From: Eledone cirrhosa
Lineage: Eukaryota
Reading direction: 5' to 3'
Assembly: GCA_964016885.1 (NCBI GenBank)
Contig: OZ024766.1
Coordinates: 19,902,001-19,966,000, forward strand
DNA length: 64,000 nucleotides
Notes under the pieces: model-generated
Databases searched by the model: none
The model's input: only the letters and a program-made list of their open reading frames with translations
What the model was told of the DNA's origin: nothing
Part shown: in pieces, positions 57,019 through 64,000 of the stretch
Layout: each line of letters begins with the position of its first letter
Numbering within the stretch: position 1 is the first letter of the stretch
Made by a program: the position numbers and the translations under genes

Positions 57019-58899
57019 ATGGAAACTAAATTGAGTGAGAAGAAGATGAAATGTGAAACATTGTCTAAAGATATGGCTATTCCAGAAGAGATGTCAAAGT
57101 CTAGAGGAGAGAAACCATATCACTGTGATGTCTGTGGTAAATCATTCTCTGTTAGTAGTACCTTAACTACCCACAAACGTATACATACTGGAGACAAGCC
57201 ATACCACTGCGATATCTGTGGTAAATCATTCTCTCAAAGTAATCACTTAACTTGCCACAAACGTATACATACAGGAGACAAGCCATATCACTGTGATATC
57301 TGTGGTAAATCATTCTCTCAAAGTAATACCTTAACTAACCACAAACGTATACATACAGGAGACAAGCTATATCACTGTGATATCTGTGGTAAATCATTCT
57401 CTGATAGTAGTGCCTTAACTAGCCACAAACGTATACATACAGGAGACAAGCCATATCACTGTGATATCTGTGGTAAATCATTCTCTGTAAGTAGTGCCTT
57501 AACTAGCCACAAACGTGTACATACACGCAACAAGCCATACCACTGTGATGTCTGTGGTAAATCATTCTCTGTAAGTAATGCCTTAACTAGCCACAAACGT
57601 ATACATACAGGAGACAAGCCATATCACTGTGATATCTGTGGTAAATCATTCTCTGTAAGTTGTAGCTTAACTAGACACAAACGTACCCATACAGGAGACA
57701 AGCCATACCACTGTGATATCTGTGGTAAATCATTCTCTGATAGGAGTGCCTTAACTAGCCACAAACGTATACATACAGGAGACAAGCCATATCACTGTGA
57801 TATCTGTGGTAAATCATGCTCTGTAATTAGTAACTTAACTAGCCACAAACGTATACATACAGGAGACACGCCATATCACTGTGATATCTGTGGTAAATCA
57901 TTCTCTCAAAGTAGTACCTTAACTAACCACAAACGTATACATACAGGAGACAAGCCATATCACTGTGATATCTGTGGTAAATCATTCTCTGATAGGAGTG
58001 CCTTAACTAGCCACAAACGTATACATACAGGAGACAAGCCATATCACTGTGATATCTGTGGTAAATCATTCTCTCGAAGTAGTGACTTAACTAGCCACAA
58101 ACGTGTACATACACGCAACAAGCCATACCACTGTGATGTCTGTGGTAAATCATTCTCTGTAAGTAATGCCTTAACTAGGCACAAACGTATACATACAGGA
58201 GACAAGCCATATCACTGTGATATCTGTGGTAAATCATTCTCTGTAAGTTGTAGCTTAACTAAACACAAACGTACCCATACAGGAGACAAGCCATACCACT
58301 GTGATATCTGTGGTAAATCATTCTCTGTAAGTAATGCCTTAACTAGCCACAAACGTATACATACAGGAGACAAGCCATACCACTGCGACATCTGTGGTAA
58401 ATCATTCTCTGTAAATGGTAACTTAACTAGCCACAAACGTATACATACAGGAGACAAGCCATACCACTGCGACATCTGTGGTAAATCATTCTCTCAAAGT
58501 AGTCACTTAACTAGCCACAAACGTATACATACAGGAGACAATCCATATCATTGTGATTTCTGTGGTAAATCATTCTCTGTTAGTAGTAACTTAACTACAC
58601 ACAGATGTATACATACAGAAGACAAGCCATACCACTGTGATATCTGTGATAAATCCTTCTCTGATAGTAATCGCTTAACTATACACAAACGTATACATAC
58701 AGGAGACAAGCCATACCACTGTGATATTTGTGGTAAATCATTCTCTGTAAGTAGTTACTTAACTAAACACTTACGTACCCATACAGGAGACAAGCCATAC
58801 CAATGTGATATCTGTGGTAAATCATTCTCTGATAGTAGTACCTTAACTAAACACTTACGTACCCATACAGGAGACAAGCCATACCATTGCGATATCTGA
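57019..58899 (+). CDS. C2H2 zinc-finger protein, 21 complete fingers; the 22nd is cut by a Cys>TGA change (ancestral stop at 58968)
   Basis: 626-aa ORF. Acceptor tttcag ends at 56631. Confidence 0.85.
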   Translation: METKLSEKKMKCETLSKDMAIPEEMSKSRGEKPYHCDVCGKSFSVSSTLTTHKRIHTGDKPYHCDICGKSFSQSNHLTCHKRIHTGDKPYHCDICGKSFSQSNTLTNHKRIHTGDKLYHCDICGKSFSDSSALTSHKRIHTGDKPYHCDICGKSFSVSSALTSHKRVHTRNKPYHCDVCGKSFSVSNALTSHKRIHTGDKPYHCDICGKSFSVSCSLTRHKRTHTGDKPYHCDICGKSFSDRSALTSHKRIHTGDKPYHCDICGKSCSVISNLTSHKRIHTGDTPYHCDICGKSFSQSSTLTNHKRIHTGDKPYHCDICGKSFSDRSALTSHKRIHTGDKPYHCDICGKSFSRSSDLTSHKRVHTRNKPYHCDVCGKSFSVSNALTRHKRIHTGDKPYHCDICGKSFSVSCSLTKHKRTHTGDKPYHCDICGKSFSVSNALTSHKRIHTGDKPYHCDICGKSFSVNGNLTSHKRIHTGDKPYHCDICGKSFSQSSHLTSHKRIHTGDNPYHCDFCGKSFSVSSNLTTHRCIHTEDKPYHCDICDKSFSDSNRLTIHKRIHTGDKPYHCDICGKSFSVSSYLTKHLRTHTGDKPYQCDICGKSFSDSSTLTKHLRTHTGDKPYHCDI

Positions 58900-61382
58900 G
58901 GTAAATCATTCTCTGTATCAAGTAGTTTAACTAGACACAAATATACCCATATGGGTGAGAACCCATAACGAAAAAAATATCTCGTCTGAAAATGGTGAAT
59001 TAAACACAAATACATTCATATGAGAAGCCATGCCACTGTGCTATTCTCTTTCATTGCTGCATTAACTTCATGCAAACATATATATACTTGAGAAAAGCCA
59101 TATCACTAATATTTGTGGAAAATTGTTATCAATGATAGCTTGTTCAACTAGACACTAACATATACAGGAGAGGAACCATATCACTGTAATGTCTGCAGTA
59201 AATCATTGTCTAAATGTTGTGGCTTCACTACACACTAACATTTACAGGAGAGGAACTATATCACTGTGATGTCTGCAGTAAATCATTCTCTAAATGTTGT
59301 GGCTTCACTAGACACTAACATATACAGGAGAGGAACTATATCACTGTGATGTCTGTGGTAAATCATTTTCTTGTAAATATTACTTAATGCAACACAATCA
59401 GACAAGATAAAAACCATATCACTCACCCAAAATAGTGCCACCAATGTTAATATTTTGAATAAAACTGTTTTACTAAGAAATTCTTCTCCTTTCATTTTAT
59501 TTGTAGAAGTTGTAACCAAGACTTGTGCTGACAAATCTGTATCGTTCAGAATTTACATACGCTATATATATGTGAATGTATGTGTGTAGAAGTTTGTGTC
59601 CCCTTTTGTTTGTTGCATATGTAGTGGATAAATGTATTCTTTTGTGTATGAATGATAAAAAGAATAATGCCAGAATTGTGATGTTGACAATGTTTATTTT
59701 ACAATAACAATATTAACTTGTTGCTACATTGAATATCAAGTAATAAAAATTGTGACAGGAATTATCACTACATCAATTTGCTGACTAGCTACTTCGAGCT
59801 AGCGTGTATGTATGTAGCAATACAACGATACACGAGAAGTGATTCAACAGGAAGATGAAAGAATAGATAAAACCCAGAAGTAAACAGTATAATGAAACCT
59901 ATTGAGTGTGTGTGTATCCTTAGTATTTGTTATTCCTCTCAAGGACTGGTGCTTCGGTCTCTCTTGTTTGGTGGCGTAGTCTGTGGCCAAGAAGGTGAGA
60001 GCCAGTAAGGCCAGGAGAGAGAGATAGAGTAAAAGGTCAGTAGAAGTCTGTAGACCCCAAGAGGTCTGTAGAATGTGAATGTTTCATATCGTTATTCTCT
60101 TAAGGACTACTGCTTCGTGGTCTGGCTGCTGGATTCCCTTTGTACTTGTATTTATAATAACCCTATAGCTAGATGTGTATACAGGGTTGATTTATGAGTA
60201 GCCATGTGAGTTTCAGCTATCTTGAAGCTGGGGTCACAGGTCAAGTGGCATGTATGTTCATCATTGTTGTCTCTTGACAGGACAATGGTGGGAAACTCGC
60301 AACGATAGGTGGTCCCAGATGCAAGAACTTTTAGATTCGGTTTCGAATCTTTGCCAGGTAATTTATAGGAGAATTCCGTTACACATCTATTAATGACATA
60401 GATGGCAACTTAAAGAGTGTCACAGTACTGAAATATGCAGATGAAACCAAGCTGTCCCTTGAGATAAAAAGGACAGATCCTGAACACTATAGATCTGGAC
60501 ACAATGCAGCAATGGACCACGGACTGGCAACTCAAGCTGGCTGTGTACAAGTGTACGACCATGCATTTATCTATCTATTTAAAGCTGTAAATAGCTATGG
60601 TGCGGCCACACTTAGAGATTGCATCACCAGTCTGGCAGCCCTGTCTTGCTCAGAACATTGATCTGGAAATTGTTTAGAGACGTGCAACCAAGTGAATACG
60701 CTCCATCAACCATCTACCATACTCTGAATGCCTTGCCTCCCTGGGTATGGATACATTGAAGGTCCGACGTCTGGAACTTGCTACTTATTGCACCTGAGCA
60801 TCAGCCACATATAAAATCTACGTTCTTAGATAGCTTCCCTGTGTTCCCAGTACGTCTGTTATGTACCCATAGTTTGTATTTGGGACATAAAATGGAATTT
60901 CTACCTACTCCTTTCCTACACACTGAACATGGCCATTTCCCAGAGGGTACCTGTGCCCTATTTTCCTTCCTACATACTAGAACTTTAGTCTTAGACAAGT
61001 TAACTCTAAGGCCTTTTGATTCTAGGCCATGCTTCCATGTTTGGAATTTCTTATCTAGTTCAGCTGTTAGATCATCTGCGTATAGAAGTTCCCATGGGCA
61101 GCCAGTCTTAAACTCCTCTGTTTTAGCCTGAAGGGCAATAATAAATAGGAGGGGGCTAAGGACTGAACCTTGATGAACACCAACTTTTATACTAAATTCT
61201 TCACTGTATTCATTGCTAATTCTATATATATACACGTATTTATGTGTATATATATATATAATTACTACACCACATTCTTCGCCTAAGTATAATTTGTAAT
61301 GTTATTTACAAAACTAGGAATAAAATAATTCTTAAGATATTCACTGCGAACCTGTACTCTCTCTATATCTTTTTTGGACCTG

Positions 61383-61413
<31 letters not shown>

Positions 61414-61543
61414 CGTATATATTTTTTTATCTATTTCACATTTGTGCTATTTGTAATGTTATGTATACAACCAGGAATAAAATGATACTTCCCCTAATCC
61501 TTACCATTCACTGCGAGACCGTACTTGCTGTTCGGCCCTGGGA

Positions 61544-61615
<72 letters not shown>

Positions 61616-61950
61616 CTACAGCATATTATTCGTCTAAGTATAATTTGTAATGTTATTTATACAACCAGGAATAAAATAATTCTTACTCTAAACCTTACCA
61701 TTCACTGCGAAACTCTACTGTCTTTATTTCCTGTTCCTGCCCCACCTACTTTCGTTCATTCATTAATTTACTTCAAACTCAATCAATTCCTGTCTCTTTC
61801 TTCTATATTTTATATTTTCAAGGTATTTCAACAATTTTTATCTGTTTTACGTTTCTTTCATTAATTTATTCCGTTTTATATTTAAAATATTTCTGACTAA
61901 TTTTTCCCGTATTTTCTGTCTAAATATTTATATACTTTATATATATAAAG

Positions 61951-61982
<32 letters not shown>

Positions 61983-64000
61983 ATAAATATATGTGTATAT
62001 ATATATGTATTCATGTATATATGCATATATATATGTGTATATGTACTGTATATATACATACATACGTTATACATACTAGACAAGATAATACACCTTCACA
62101 TCTGATATAAGAATACGGATAGGCTATGTAGCCGGTAAAACCAAAAGGGGTGAAACACATATTGCTATAGTGTTTCACCAGCTCTTCCTCAATCATTCAT
62201 AGATGTGAGTGTATATAATAATTATTTTGTATAATGTATCTTTTTATAAATATATATGAGTAGATGTGTGTATAACTATGTACATGTGTATATAACGCAG
62301 TAGATGTGTGTATAACTCAGTAGATGTGTGTAACTCAGTAGATGTGTGTATAACTCAGTAGATGTGTGTATAACTCAGTAGATGTGTGTAACTCAGTAGA
62401 TGTGTGTATAACTCAGTAGATGTGTGTAACTCAGTAGATGTGTGTAACTCAGTAGATGTGTATAACTCTGTAGATGTGTGTGTAACTCAGTAGATGTGTG
62501 TGTAACTCAGTAGATGTGTGTGTAACTCAGTAGATGTGTGTGTAACTCAGTAGATGTGTGTGTAACTCTGTAGATGTGTATGTAACTCAGTAGATGTGTG
62601 TATAACTCTGTAGATGTGTGTGTAACTCTGTAGATGTGTGTGTGTAACTCAAATAATTGTCCCCCGCCCTCACTTTCGTCTCAAATAATCGTTCCCCACC
62701 CTCACTTTGGTCTCAAATAATTGTCCCCCACCCTCACTTTGGTCTCAAATAATTGTCCCCTACCCTCGCTTAGGTCTCAAATAATTGTCCCCCGCCCTCA
62801 CTTTGGTCTCAAATAATTGTCCCCCACCCTCACTTTGGTCTCAAATAATTGTCCCCTACCCTCGCTTAGGTCTCAAATAATTTTCCCCCACCCTCACTCA
62901 TTTAATTTTCAGATTTTTTACACCACCACCCCACTCTTGATTCACCCCACCCATTTAAAATAAATAGGATGGGTTGTGGTCTCATTATGTAAACTAAATG
63001 ACTAATTCTGGTTTTCTATCTCTGGTGAAATTTATATGTATATATATATATGTATAGATATATAAATATCTATGCATATGTATATCATCATCATCATCAT
63101 CATTATCACCGTTTTACGTCCGTTCTTCCACGCTAGCACGGGTCAGACGGTTTGTCCTGTTGTGGGCAGTGTCTGGTCGGCTGACCATGCCTTGCTCATA
63201 CAGGAACTCATTTGGCTTGATTTCTACAGCTGGATGCCCTTCCTAACACCAACCTCATTTACAGTGAGTGCTGGGTGCTTTTTCGTGGCGCCTACACGTC
63301 CACTTTACAGTGTGGGCTGGGTGCTTTTTTGCCGTGGCACCTCCACGACCACCTTGCGGTATATATATATAAATATTTATACATATGTATATATATATGT
63401 ATATATATGAGCTCTTAAGACCAGTAAAATAACCTCTCTAGTGCCACAAACAATACACCCAGTCCTTGCTGTAAAGTGGTTGATGAGAGGAAAGGCATCC
63501 TAACAGCAAAGAAAAAAAATAGCGCTAAAATTATGGAAAACCCTACGAATAAAAATTTCTACTAATTGTGTCTACAAGCCTAACACAAGTCATGTTAACG
63601 GGGTGCCTAGTGTAGACTTGTGTGAGAATCCTTTGACTGTTATCAAGCAGTTATAACACAGCACTTATCAAGTGCTGTTATCAAGCAGCTATAACACAGC
63701 ACTTTTCCCCTTCCAGGTAGAAAGAACTGTTACTCAAGGAACTGTCAAGTTACACATCTCAGGTCTCAGACAATTACCATGTTAGAATGTCATATAAGAA
63801 TGAAGTTCTTGGGTAAAGGCTATAGGGCAGACCTACCAAGAGTTAGAAGGATTTAGTTTATAGAGCATCTTGGAATACCACTGCTTACATTGGAGAGAAT
63901 AACTCTGGACAGGAAAGTTGATATCTACAGTTTATCAATATAGAAATATAAAATTTCCAATGTTAAATCTATCTCTGTTTCTAAAGTATTCTCTATTATC

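Noticed and set aside
58897-58899. Selenocysteine or editing read-through of the TGA at a zinc-ligand Cys
   Set aside because: No SECIS was identified, and A-to-I editing would give Trp rather than Cys. A nonsense mutation inherited by duplication is simpler.

Overview
This is AT-rich, microsatellite-dense eukaryotic DNA. The repeat content and expanded C2H2 clusters suggest an octopus-like cephalopod, but that is an inference. The window starts with the last coding exon of a KAT6A/B (MOZ/MORF/enok) histone acetyltransferase (to 1001). From about 1 to 19 kb it is a mosaic of (TA)n/(TATG)n tracts, minisatellites, tRNA-derived SINEs and a set of short palindromic or tandem elements embedded in TA tracts. 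Folded by hand, many of these elements contain complete minimal type I hammerhead ribozymes (CUGANGA...GAAA...UH, three stems, compensatory changes), which points to Penelope-like pseudo-LTR or retrozyme-type elements. From 20 to 64 kb lies a C2H2 zinc-finger cluster. One minus-strand gene and a plus-strand series diverge from an ~0.8-kb inverted duplication that carries a putative non-coding first exon in each arm. The plus-strand series is a tandem array of 7.1-8.8 kb units, each holding only a splice acceptor, a ZF exon (16, 20, 38 and 22 fingers) and a 3' region. These could be alternative terminal exons sharing one leader exon. RTE-type LINE relics with a PHD-like finger inside the RT, CR1 relics and a non-autonomous Helitron are also present. 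All structures were read by eye and no searches or folding programs were run.
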